From Endomicrobiales bacterium (GTDB lineage Bacteria > Elusimicrobiota > Endomicrobiia > Endomicrobiales > JALOBY01): DNA of 64,000 nucleotides. The translations under genes and the position numbers were made by a program. Below, one piece after another: positions 1 to 11,641 of the stretch (its first letter is position 1; each line of letters starts with the position of its first letter). The DNA lies in NCBI GenBank assembly GCA_963796955.1, contig CAWCNJ010000004.1, positions 160,001 to 224,000 on the forward strand. Direction: 5' to 3'. A model generated the notes under the pieces. The model did no database searches. It saw only the letters and a list, made by a program, of their open reading frames with translations, and had not been told where the DNA came from.

Positions 1-3000
1 CTCGCCCATGAGCGTATACCGCTACGATGCATTCGGTAACCTTACCAAACAGGGCGCTTTCCCCGTATACCTTACGAGCAACGAGCTAACGGGTCGTTTC
101 TCTTTCCGCAATCCTCCAGGAGCCGGTAACGAAGTAACCAGCGTGTATATAGGTCAGGGAGAAACTTCGGCTGATTTCTATTACTACGATGAAATGTCTT
201 CCCTGCCGGCGGGCGAAGACGGCCGCCCGGGCCAGTGGACGTTGACCGGTAACGCGGGTTTAACCCTTGCTGCGACCGCCTACCTTACCATCGTACCCGC
301 GGATACGACAAAATTGATGTATGATAATCCGCAGCGCACACTGATAGCCAACCGTCTGGTGGATGATGTCGGTGTTATACGCCCCTTCACGCTACAGCCG
401 CAGGATACGTACGGCAACCCGACCATCTCCACCACCAATTCGATCTTCGTGAAGTTAAGCACGGATCGCCTGTCTTCGCCGACGAATGATAATTACGGCT
501 TCTCGCTTTCGAGCACGCCATTCATACCCATAGGCAATGCGCTGGTAGAGATCACGACCGGCACCTATTACGTTAACCTGTATTACCGCGACACCCGCGC
601 CAGCAATAGCTACAGCCCTATTAACAGCAAGCCGGTGCTGCACGCGACCGAGATCCCCACTAAAGCCTGGGCGGTAGCCTCCCAGTATGTGAACGTACTG
701 CCCGATGCTATCACCAAGACGTCTATAATCTCGCCCGCACAACAGCTGACGGCCGGCGCCACATCGCAGCCCTTCCTGATCCAGACGCAGGATACGTATT
801 CCAACCCCTCGTCGGTCACGCCGGTGCAGTCCGATCCGGGTGAGAACGGCGTGCGCTACGTGCTGTGGAATAACTCCGCCGGCCACGAGGAATTCTGGTC
901 GTACGGTTATAACGACCATGCGTCAACCGGTGTCGCTAAGATCACGGTGGGCACGAACACCACCTACTTCTATATGGTGGATACACTTATGGGCAGTGCC
1001 ACGGTATATGCAGATGAAGACGGCTTCCTGCCCAGAGGCTGGGCAGGCGCTGCGGAAGGTTATACGGTCGTGGCCGCGCCGCCCTATAAACTGGTCATCG
1101 GCTCGCCCGTGCGCCGGCTTATCGCCGATACCACTATTCAGTATGATCCGGATTTTACGTATAACAGCACTACCGATACCTTTATTTCCGTGCAGACACA
1201 GGATTTCTACGGGAACGTTTCACCTGTTTCTTCCGTAACCATCGTTTCCGTTAAAACCGTCATGCCGCCTTCCATGCCGGGAGCCCAGATCTCCGCCGAT
1301 AATTTCAACTGGGTACCGGGGAACCCCTCGGACATGCCGCTTAATCTGAATATGGCGCCGGGAGAATCCACCGTTAAATTCTACTTTAAGGCCAAAATAG
1401 CAGGACTGGTGCCCATAGCGGCGACCGTGCCCGGTATGCAGCCCGCGACACAAAATGAAATAATTACGCCGGGCAAGATCGATTATTTCACCGTCGAACA
1501 CAACTTTACCGAAGCCAACCCGCTTTCCGTCCAGCTGCCGGGCGCCGTTTCGGTGCAGGCGCGGGATTATTACGGTAACGCCGCCAGCGGCGATCCGGTC
1601 AATGGAAATTACTACACGGGCACGGCGCTCTTCTGGACGAACGGTTCAACGGATACGGTAACGCTCAATCCATTAAGCTACACCTTTACCCAGAGCACCA
1701 GCACCTATCAGCCGATCGCCGGCCGCTTTATAAACCTGCAGGCGCGTGACCTGCGGCAGGAATACCTCAGGGTCGGGGCCACCGACCAGGTGAACCCGTT
1801 GATAAACGGCTGGACCAACGATCAGCGCGGCACCTGGGGCGATGTGGTTACTGCCGGTGTGGTCGTTACGCCCACCGATTTCGCGCCGGATCCGGATGAT
1901 TCATATAAGACCGGTTTCCTGGCGCAGAACCCCACCCTGCAACAGGGTGACGGTTGCATCACCAGTCGCCCTGCGCCGGTCGCCATGCTGCGCCTGCGTA
2001 TGGAAATTCAGCCTAAGGTCGTGGCCTCAACGGCCTCCTGGAACTACATTACCGTTACCCGGTACGGCACTCTGCGCTGGGACCAGATACGCAGCATAGA
2101 TATCTATCGCGACAGCGGCGGGGATACTTTTAACGGCGATACTGTGCTTGGTCAGCCCTGGACCGCGGCCGATACCTTTATCTCCAGCGCATCTTTCACC
2201 AACGGCAATGCGGACCTGGATATCCCCTTAAGCATTCCTCAGACTATCACGAAGACGCCTCAAACGTATTTCGTCGCCGTGCGCGTGGAACCTACCGCCG
2301 ACCCCGGTTCCACACTGGCCCTGGGCATTAAGAGCAATAAGATCATACTGGCGCCGGGCGGCGTGCTGCTGGCCAGCAATAATATACCGTGCATATCCAC
2401 CTATTCCGTTATCGCCGTGCGGCTTTCCGATGTGCTGGTCGATTACAAGAAGACGGACCCGATGTCCAACATTGCGGCCTATTACGACCCTGACGGCAAC
2501 GGCCCGCTGCCGTCGGCTAAACAAACTTCCGCGCCGCAGGGATACTTCGGCGTCGGCATGATGCGCTTCGGCCTGTGGACGCCGGAGCTGACGGCGCATC
2601 TTAAGACGTTGAAGGTCACCCAGCTCGGCACCGCCGATGATAAGGATATTATTTCCTGCACCCTGTATGAAGATACGAACCTTAACGGCACCTTCGAGCC
2701 GGCTACGGATATAGCGGTCTCGCCTGATGTGCCGATCAGCGGCGGCGTAGCTACCCTGCCGGTTAACAGCCTGCCCTTAGGCGTTAATCTTATAAACCAG
2801 ACCACGCATTACTATTTTGTGGTTTACCGCCTGGCGAACGGCGCCCAGGTCGGCCGCACCATCGGCGCTTCCCTCTCGGACTTTACGTTCCCCGACGGCC
2901 AGATAGCGGCCGCGGGTCCTGATGCCGCCAACTTCCCCGGACAGATCGCCGTGATGGCGCAAATGTCGTCGGATACACCTCTGATAGCCGCCACGCCGGA

Positions 3001-6000
3001 CACGCTGGTAATAGACGCTAAAACATCGGTGAACCCCGGCGTTGTCACGCAGGGTGACCAGAATGTGCCGATGATAAAGCTGCGCCTGCGCACCGATACC
3101 AGATCCCTTATCTGGCAGGGCTTGCGCGTAGACAGGCGTAATCAGTACGGACTGAACGTAGACAGCGACGTCTCGAACGTGAAAGTATGGTATGACACCT
3201 GCCAGGCAAGGCTCGCGCAGAACATGACGCCGCTTACGACCGGGTTGCTGCAGCTGACCACCACGTACGGCCTGGCGCCTTCCGGTAATCTTTTTATAGA
3301 TGACGAAGTGCTGACCTACGATTCCATCGTCGGCAGCGCGGTAAATCTGCCCGACGGTATCAGCACCTTTAGAGGCCTGTACAACACGACGCCCGCCACC
3401 CACAACATGAACACGACCGTAACGGGCACGGGTGACGGCATATTCAACCCGAATACCGACCAGCTTATTTCGCCGCCTTCTCCGCCGAGCATCCTGTTCT
3501 CGACCGGCGTGTCGCACATTACCATAACCGGCCCCAAGGGCGGCCAGGAACTGCTGGCCCAGGGCGTTGGTAAGGGTAAGACCTATTTCGTAACCTACGA
3601 TATAGACAACTTCGCGACGCTCGGCCAGACGTATCTTGGCCTGGATATAAAGACCACTGACTACTTTACGGTGAATACGCCGAAGATGGTTTCCAACCAG
3701 TCCCTGCCGGTATTCTGCGAGGTCGTAACGGTGAGAGAGTACGCCGACAAGGTAACCTTTACCCCCAGCGATACGACTCTGAAAGCCACCCTGTCACAGG
3801 CGGCTACCAACCAGCCGATAATCTCGTTTACGGCTCATACCGATAAGTCTGAGGCCACGTTCAAGAACATAATAGTGAGCCGCGCCGGCACCGGTTCGGA
3901 TTCGGATGTGACCGCGGTGCGTATATGGTACGACGGCAATAACGACGGACTGCTGAACCTGGGCACAACGCAGGATTATGTTATCGGCCAGGGCTCTTTC
4001 GGCAATGCCGGTGTACCGGGAGAAGCTTCAATAGACATATCGTCCATGTCCATGTTATTGGCAGGCTGCACTGTGACACCGGATATCTGGAGCAAGATAA
4101 CCACCACCGGGCGCGGCGCCAAACATTTCTTTGTAACGTATGATATCTCAAGCGTGGCTTTGCCGGAATACACGCTCGGCGCAACGCTTGCCGCGACTTC
4201 AAAAATACAGGTTTCCGATCCGAACTTCGTGGATACGGCCAACCTGCCGTTCACGTCGACGCTGCGCACGCTGGTGCCAAGCTCGCGCAATGTTACCATA
4301 ACCCCTGTGGCGCTTAACACAGCCTCGCTCGCCTCATCTGTGGGTGCGGCCGACAACCAGATATCTCTTAGCTCAGTGGCCAATTTCCCGGATATCGGCG
4401 CTCTGACGATAGATTCGGAAATAATCCTCTATACCAGCCGCGACACGCTCGCCAACACCGTCAGCGGCCTGACACGCGGCGCGTGGAATACGGTTGCAGC
4501 CGCACACACCGCCGGTTCATTTGTTTCCCGCAGCTACCTGCAGGGTACCGTGAACGCGCCGATGCTTAAACTGACCGCCGCCTGCGACGGCTTCCAGGTG
4601 CGCTGGTACCGCCTGAAACTGGACCGCATCGCGCCTACCGGCCTGAACGGCGTTGATGCCGACATTCACCAGATCCGAGTTTACAAAGATAACGGGGACG
4701 GCATACTTAACCGTGACGATTCAACGGGCCTGATAGGCGCCGACCAGCTGGTCTCAAGCGGTACGGCGGTATTCACCAACGGCTCGGTGCAAATAAACCT
4801 TTGCGGCGACGGCTCAAGCTACAACACCGATACCAAGCAGATTGAATCCTATTCATTGATAACAACGACCCCGACGGTATACTGGGTTACTATGGACATC
4901 GATCAGACCGCGACCATCGGCTCCAGCATCGGCATGGGCTGCCAGCTGTTCGATTATGTGCAGGTGGGCGCGACGCAGAGGAACGACGGCGTGCATAAGG
5001 TTGTCGACGGTCCTTCAGTGGTATACCCCGGCGACCCCTTCCCGTTCCGTTCCGGTTATGCCTTTGTGTACGGCACTATAGATAATTTAATGGTCAATTA
5101 TGACGCCCCGTCGCTGGCCAGCATTATGCAGAACGCCAAGAACGTGGCCGTTATGAGCTTTAACATGAAGACCGATCAAAATACGGCGATCTGGACCGGT
5201 GTGAAGCTGGACCTGACGGGTACCTGTATCGATAACGATATTTCGATCGTCAAGGTGTGGAGAGATCTGAACGGCAACCAGGTGTTCGACGTAGCCGATT
5301 CCACGCAGGACGCGTTCGGTAACTTTCCGGGCCTGTTGTCCTACGGTACGGAAAACTTTGCCAATCATACGGTCAATATTAAATTCAAAACTCCCCAGGT
5401 CATAGGTTCCACCCAGTCCATTACGTACTTTGTAACCATGGATATGAACTCTCTTGCCAAGGTCGGCCACACGGTGGGATTGTCCATCGCTAACACAGGA
5501 TACTTTACGGTAGATGTCCCCGACAAGGTCCAGCTGCTCAGGGCCGCCCCCTATACTTCGCCGGTAACGCCTATTTCGGAATATCCGGATACGGTTACCT
5601 TTGAGCCGTGGCCCTGGTTCGATCCGGTAAACAACAAAGACGTGCTCGCGGGCGTTACCACATCGCAGGGCAATAAGAACCTGACGGTGCTTAAGTTCCG
5701 TCTCAAGACCGATGTCGCGGAAGCGATCTGGGACCATATACGCATATCCCGTATCGGTATGGGCGCGCCGGGTATGCCGGTTAACGGCACGAACAGCGAT
5801 GTGCAGTACGTAAAGATCTACGCAGATTCGAACTTTAACGAATCGTTCGACGCCGGCGATACGTTAATAACTTCCGGTACCGACCAATTTACGTCCGACG
5901 CCATAGGACCGACGCTGGATATACCGCTTACCGTGCCGCAGACCTTACGGCCGACGCCGCAGGTCTACTTTGTGCTGTACGATATTTCTCCCACCGCCTA

Positions 6001-7995
6001 TGCCAACGATTCAGTCGGTATCCGCGTGCAGGATAAATCGTGGATAGCGGTGAGCACGCCCAATTTTGTCGCCCAATTCCCCATGACCACGCCGGCAACC
6101 CGCCGTTTAACGCGCAGGGTTACTTTGACAGCTCTATGTCTCAAATACTGCCGATCAGTATCAACGTGCAAAGCGCCAACGAGGCGCCGCTGGTCAAACT
6201 GCCGGGTGACACGAATGTGCCGATCTTACGTCTGCGTATGACGACCAGCATTAACAGCGCGGTGATCTCCTCCATTACGATCCACCAGACGGGCACTATT
6301 GAAACGTCGCCCGTGGATCCCACCTATTACAACGGCATGGGTGATGGCGATTTCTACCGGCTGAAATTGTGGGTGGACGACGGTGACGGCGTTTTCGATC
6401 CCACCAAAGATACGCTTGTTTCCGTTATGCCGCACCGCAAATGGGTATTGGATGCCGGCCTGAACCCGAACAGCACGCCTAACTTCGCGGCCAGTGTGGC
6501 TATCCTGCCTTGCGGCGTGACCATTGATGCCGCCGGTAAAACTTTCTATGTCACCGCCGATATCGGAACCCAGGACCTGGGCAACCGCACAACCTTCAGC
6601 CACAGTGCCGGCCTGCAGCTGCTTCGGTGGGAATCTATCACCGCGGTGCCCGCTTCCGTTGTTTCTAACGGCGGCAATACGTTCCCGTATAAATCGATCA
6701 ACCTCTCCATCGCCGATGTTTCCATCACATCGGTCGACGTGAGACCTGATGAGGCGGGAGTGCAGTCAGAAGGCTGGTGGAATTCCAATACCACCCTTGC
6801 CGCTTCATGGCAGATCATTAAAGTTAAAGACGCGCAGGTAACCTCTTATAAGGCTGCCGTCGGAACACGCCCTCTCGCCCAGGATGCGACGCTGGGCATC
6901 GGTTCGGCGGGTTGGATCAGCACCACGAACCAGAGCGTGCAGATAAGCGGCCTTGCGCTGAGCGAGCCGGTAGTGGTCTTCCTTGCGGAAGATTTCCTTA
7001 TAAATAATTCAAGCAGCTCTATTTCCGTGGAATACCCTGATGGACATCCGCTTAAGGGCGTTGCAAGCCCAACCGATAAGTTCGACCGCGCCGGGACCTT
7101 TGCGATCGGCTCGGAGATGATCTCGTACACCGATAAGACCTCTAATACTTTCTCGGGTATAAAACGCGGTGTTAACGGCACCATGGTGCAGGACCATTAT
7201 AAAGGCCAGCAGGTTACCAACAGTGCCTATTTCTTCAAAGTTAAAGCCATGACCAACCTGGCCGGTGAAACCCCGCAGGCCTTCGGCGTGATACGCATAG
7301 ACCTTACGGCACCTTCCGTTCCGACGAACGTTATGCCGGGTCCCGCGAAATCCGGCAAGCCGGAAGAAAGCGGTAAGTACGAACTTCAGTGGAGTAGTTC
7401 CAAAGATTATGAGTCAGGGGTGGCGGAATATGAGATCCAGGAACGTATGGACACGAGCCCCGTCTGGAAGACCATAAACGTGGTGGCCGGCGACAGGTTC
7501 TCAGATAATATCGGCGACAGCCTTGCCTTTGATGAAACCGGCACAGCCATACCCGATAAACCAAGATCAAAAGACCACTTCTATTATTACCGTATACGGG
7601 CCAAGAACAACGCGGGAACCTGGGGCGCCTGGTCGGCGGAATCGCAGCCGGCGGCGACAGGTTTGCCGTCTCAGGTGATCAGCTCGGTCTCCAATTTCCC
7701 GAACCCCGTAGATACTCGCAAGGGCGGCGAAGAAGGGAAAACAAATATCGTTTACATCCTCAATCAAGATGCCGAAGTGAGCATTACGCTCTACGACCTG
7801 CTCGGCTACTCAGTCTATTCCTGGACCTTCAGCCCCGGCCAGCTCGGCGGCAAGATGGGCGCCAACCGCATCCCATGGGACGGCACCAACGGCAGCGGCA
7901 TGAAGGTTGCCAAAGGCGGCTATATCGCTCAGATCAAAGTGAAATCCGACAAGGGCGTGGTCACCATCATCCGCAAGATCGGTATTATCCACTAA
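1..7995 (+). CDS. Giant repetitive secreted/surface protein (5'-partial, >2600 aa) with Ig-like repeat modules, Fn3-like domain and C-terminal FlgD-Ig/T9SS type A-like sorting domain; apparent frameshift at ~6079-6082
   Basis: ORF 8..6241 (frame open from the window edge) and ORF 6040..7995 share the same repeat type. Adding one C to the C-run at 6079-6082 fuses them (…VAQFP-HDHAGNPPF…). C-terminus reads NFPNP…YDLLG…WDGTN…VAKGGY…RKIGIIH. Confidence 0.85.
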
Positions 7996-8013
7996 AATTT
8001 GTACGTAACAAAG

Positions 8014-8053
8014 ACAAAGCCGGCTTACCTTTTTATGGGTATTCCGGCTTTGT
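8014..8053 (+). terminator. Hairpin, probable intrinsic terminator after the giant gene
   Basis: Inverted repeat acaaagccgg…ccggctttgt starting ~20 nt after the stop at 7995. Confidence 0.55.
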
Positions 8054-8351
8054 TGAAGACCCGTTTGCGGGGCGCCAGAAGCGCCTCGCCTCGGATCTTA
8101 CAGCCGGACGTTTTGTACCGCCGGTTATGGCGGACGACTGCCCCGAACTGCAACCACATTTAACCATAAACGGTCCTGTCGTACCATGCGGTTTCTCTCA
8201 AATTTACTGACTTGGAGTTTTCTGCGAGAAATTTGTCGGATCTTCAAAAATAATTATATAGATACGAAAGCATGGCATAGTTTGACTTAAACTCAATTAT
8301 TGAATATAATTGCGAAAAGAATATAGTCTTCTGTTGATCAAGGGGGGGAGT

Positions 8352-8882
8352 GTGAAACTGGTGCCTTTATGTCTGGCGCTTTTTGTTTTACAAAGCACAG
8401 TAGCGGTTTCAGCAGAAAGAATTTTAGTAAATTCAGGCGGCAGTGGAAAATCCTCACCAAAAATACTTTCTGTAAGCTTAAGTCCCTTCGCCCATGGATA
8501 CCGCGCAGTTTCGAAGGTCTCCATGCAGTTGGGCGGCCCGAAAAGAGCCGGCAGTTTCCTTCCCGATGCCAGTTTTGTTCTCCGTGACGTGTACGTATTC
8601 CCCAATCCAGCCAAAACAGGAAAAATGCCGACCATTCATGTTGAGGTAGGCGTAGCCGATCAGGTGCAACTGCATATATATGATATCGCAGGTGATCTTG
8701 TTCATAGTGTCGTCTTGTCTGATGCACCGCAAATAATAGATGATGGAACAGGTAAGGATTATGCCTATGAATATAAATGGGAAGACAATATAGCAAGCGG
8801 CGTCTATTTGTGTGTGGTGCGCGCTCAAAAATCTGGCTATGGTGATATAAATAAAACCATTAAGCTGGCGGTGATACGATGA
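8352..8882 (+). CDS. Small secreted protein consisting mostly of a T9SS type A-like C-terminal sorting domain
   Basis: GTG start after a G-rich RBS (ORF track opens at 8310), hydrophobic signal peptide, VYVFPNP…IYDIAG…YAYEYKW…ASGVYL…KLAVIR. Confidence 0.7.
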   Translation: MKLVPLCLALFVLQSTVAVSAERILVNSGGSGKSSPKILSVSLSPFAHGYRAVSKVSMQLGGPKRAGSFLPDASFVLRDVYVFPNPAKTGKMPTIHVEVGVADQVQLHIYDIAGDLVHSVVLSDAPQIIDDGTGKDYAYEYKWEDNIASGVYLCVVRAQKSGYGDINKTIKLAVIR

Positions 8883-9811
8883 AAAAATTAATTGTTGCGA
8901 TATTCACCATTGCTATAACAACCGGCTCAGGCTTTTGCGATAACACGACAGGTGCTGCCTTTTTAAAGATCGGTGTAGGCGGCCGGATCTCTGCTATGGG
9001 TTCAGCCGCGACCGCGATCGTTGACGATGCGAGCGCCATTTATTGGAACCCCGCGGGCACAGCCGATCTGCCTTTAAAAGAAGATCAGGTTATGTTCATG
9101 CATTCCCAGTGGCTGCAAGATACTACCTATGAATTTGCCGGCTTTGTTCACCCCACCTCTAACGGTGCTTTAGGCCTGGCGGTATCATACCTCGGCTGGG
9201 GCTCAATAGAAGGCCGGGATGATAACCGGCAGCTCACAAATTCTTTCTCGGCCTCGGATACGGCAGCGTATTTATCCAAAAGCGTCCGTTCCAGTTGGGG
9301 CAGTTACGGTGCAAATATCAAGTTGATCCAACAGAGAATAGAAACAGAACAAGCTTCGGGCCTAGCGGGAGATGTAGGCTGCAAAATATATAGGTCATCA
9401 TCTCCATTATCTTTTGGTCTGTCTATTCAGAACCTTGGCCCACAGATGCATTTTATCAGTGATGGGTTTAATGTGCCACTCTCAATAACGGCCGGGACAG
9501 GCTACTATTTTTGCGATAACCTTCTCGTCAGCGCTGATTTGCGTCGTGAGTTGTACGAAAACCGCAATAGCATAGCCTTTGGCGCCGAATATGTTGTCGC
9601 AAGCATCGTAAGTTTACGTGCAGGGTACCTGACTAAGATAAGTGAGACTGCTTCCGGTTCAGATGGAACCGGCAATGGCCTGCTTAATTATGCGGGCCTA
9701 GGTGGCGGCATCGGAGTCCAAATCCACAACCTACATTTTGATTACGCCATGGTCCCTTACGGCGCGCTTGGTGTAACTCAACGTATCTCAATAACGGCAT
9801 CTTTTAAATGA
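8879..9811 (+). CDS. PorV/PorQ-family outer-membrane beta-barrel protein
   Basis: Signal peptide, FLKIGVGGRISAMG…AIYWNPAG motif, terminal DYAMVPYGALGVTQRISITASF beta strands. Confidence 0.8.
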   Translation: MKKLIVAIFTIAITTGSGFCDNTTGAAFLKIGVGGRISAMGSAATAIVDDASAIYWNPAGTADLPLKEDQVMFMHSQWLQDTTYEFAGFVHPTSNGALGLAVSYLGWGSIEGRDDNRQLTNSFSASDTAAYLSKSVRSSWGSYGANIKLIQQRIETEQASGLAGDVGCKIYRSSSPLSFGLSIQNLGPQMHFISDGFNVPLSITAGTGYYFCDNLLVSADLRRELYENRNSIAFGAEYVVASIVSLRAGYLTKISETASGSDGTGNGLLNYAGLGGGIGVQIHNLHFDYAMVPYGALGVTQRISITASFK

Positions 9812-11637
9812 ATCGGATCAAACCATACATAGCCCCGCTAATAGTATTTATTCCATCGCTTGCCTTACGGTTTGTGTATTTCTCACATTTAAGGTTAAAT
9901 CAATTGTTAATGACTCCCTTTGCTGATGCCCGATATTATTACGACTGGGCGCTGTCAATTGCAAAAACTGGTGATTTGCTTGGCAAAGGTCCCTTCTTTC
10001 TTAACCCCGGCTACCCATACCTGCTTGCCTTGCTGCTAAAGATATTTGATTATAGTATACCCTCAATTATATTGTTTCAGTTTGTTGTGGGTGCGTTATC
10101 GGCAGTTCTAGTCTATTGCATTTCCAAAAAATTCCTGCCGGTGCGTTTTTCGGTAACTGCGGGCATTTTGTATGGTGTATGTTCTGTTCCGATGTTTTAT
10201 GAGGGTTTTTTGCTTACCTTTGTTTGGATAACGCTATTTAACTTGATAGCGATGCTGAGTGTTCTTAATACAGAGGGCAAAAACGCATGGAAATGGTTGG
10301 CGTTGGCCGGCCTAAACATAGGTCTTTCTGCCATATTTCGGCCAAATATATTGTTGCTTGTGCCATTGTGTGTTGGTTGGATGTGGTTTTACACCAGAGA
10401 AAGCATATTTAAAAGCCTTCTTATTTTTTTTCTACCTATATTCCTGGTCTTAGCCCCGGTAATAATACGGAACGTAGTTGTACTAGGAGAACCCGTGATT
10501 TCCAGTGTGAGTACCGGTATCAATTTGTACATCGGAAATAGTGAACATTCTGACGGTTCAAATATGGCTATTTTTAAACTTGCTCCCCTTGCTAGCTCGC
10601 CTAAACATATGCTTGATACCTTCAAACAGCTAGCAGAAAAAGATTCTAAGATATCTTTGTCTTACTCTCAGGTTGACCGTTATTGGGAGAGGCAGTCTCT
10701 GAACTGGATTTATAATAATAAAGCTCGTTCTCTTCATAATCTTGTGAATAAGTTTTTGTTGTTTGTAAATGCTCGAGAAATAGAAAGTAATGTGCCGTTC
10801 TATTTAACAAAAAAAGTGGTGTTCCCACTGGCGTTTTGTCCGGGTGTCGGATGGTTCATTCCTTTTGCTGTGGTTGGTTTTTTTGTTTTCTGGAGAGATA
10901 AGAATAGTATGTTGTTAAGGGCATTTTTTGCTGTCCAGATAACAACTGTACTGATTATTTTTATGCTTAGCGAGTATCGGGCTCCTGTAATACCAGTTCT
11001 TGTAATATTTGCAATGGCAGGAGCGTATTGGCTATATGGGAAAGCTAAGCAAAAAGACTATCAAGGAATCTCAATTGCCTCGTGTTTTTTCTTTGTTCTC
11101 GTATTTATCTCTAACTGGAATAGAGCATCAGCGGCGACCGCCGGTTCGACTCTTTGGGAAGGCAGGTATGCCATGCAGGCAGGTGATTACATGAAAGCTG
11201 AAGAGCTCTTTCGTAAATCAATTTCAATTGACAGGTCGAACGTGGCTGGATATCAATACTTAGGTATCCTATACTTTTCTAAAGGACAATTTACATTGGC
11301 ACGCCAATGTTTTGAAAAAACCATAAGCATTTCTCCGACAACAGAAACGTATATTAGTCTTGGAACCATAGCCTTGAGACAAAATGATGCAACATTGGCA
11401 AAGAAAAACTTTGAGAAGGCAGTGCTGCTCGATGTCGGGGATTCTCGGGCAATAGACGGTCTAGCATGTGCTGAGTTTCTGTTAGGTGCACAAGATCGCT
11501 CATACCAATTGTGGGAACATGCATTGCACATCGTGTCTGATGAGAAACAACGTTCTATGATATTGACCAATGTTGCACTTGCGGCGAAGCAAAACAAAAA
11601 ATTTAATGAGTTAATCGAACAAAACAAAGGGGGGTAA
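9808..11637 (+). CDS. GT-C fold (family 39/PMT-like) membrane glycosyltransferase with C-terminal TPRs
   Basis: DARYYYDWA, PGYPYLLA and RPN motifs, many TM helices, NLYIGN, C-terminal TPR repeats. Confidence 0.75.
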   Translation: MNRIKPYIAPLIVFIPSLALRFVYFSHLRLNQLLMTPFADARYYYDWALSIAKTGDLLGKGPFFLNPGYPYLLALLLKIFDYSIPSIILFQFVVGALSAVLVYCISKKFLPVRFSVTAGILYGVCSVPMFYEGFLLTFVWITLFNLIAMLSVLNTEGKNAWKWLALAGLNIGLSAIFRPNILLLVPLCVGWMWFYTRESIFKSLLIFFLPIFLVLAPVIIRNVVVLGEPVISSVSTGINLYIGNSEHSDGSNMAIFKLAPLASSPKHMLDTFKQLAEKDSKISLSYSQVDRYWERQSLNWIYNNKARSLHNLVNKFLLFVNAREIESNVPFYLTKKVVFPLAFCPGVGWFIPFAVVGFFVFWRDKNSMLLRAFFAVQITTVLIIFMLSEYRAPVIPVLVIFAMAGAYWLYGKAKQKDYQGISIASCFFFVLVFISNWNRASAATAGSTLWEGRYAMQAGDYMKAEELFRKSISIDRSNVAGYQYLGILYFSKGQFTLARQCFEKTISISPTTETYISLGTIALRQNDATLAKKNFEKAVLLDVGDSRAIDGLACAEFLLGAQDRSYQLWEHALHIVSDEKQRSMILTNVALAAKQNKKFNELIEQNKGG

Positions 11638-11641
11638 TGTT

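Noticed and set aside
6040..6241. Programmed ribosomal frameshift in the giant gene (also considered at 24132)
   Set aside because: No canonical slippery heptamer with a stimulatory structure; the same homopolymer-indel pattern occurs in unrelated genes, and clpB is also broken
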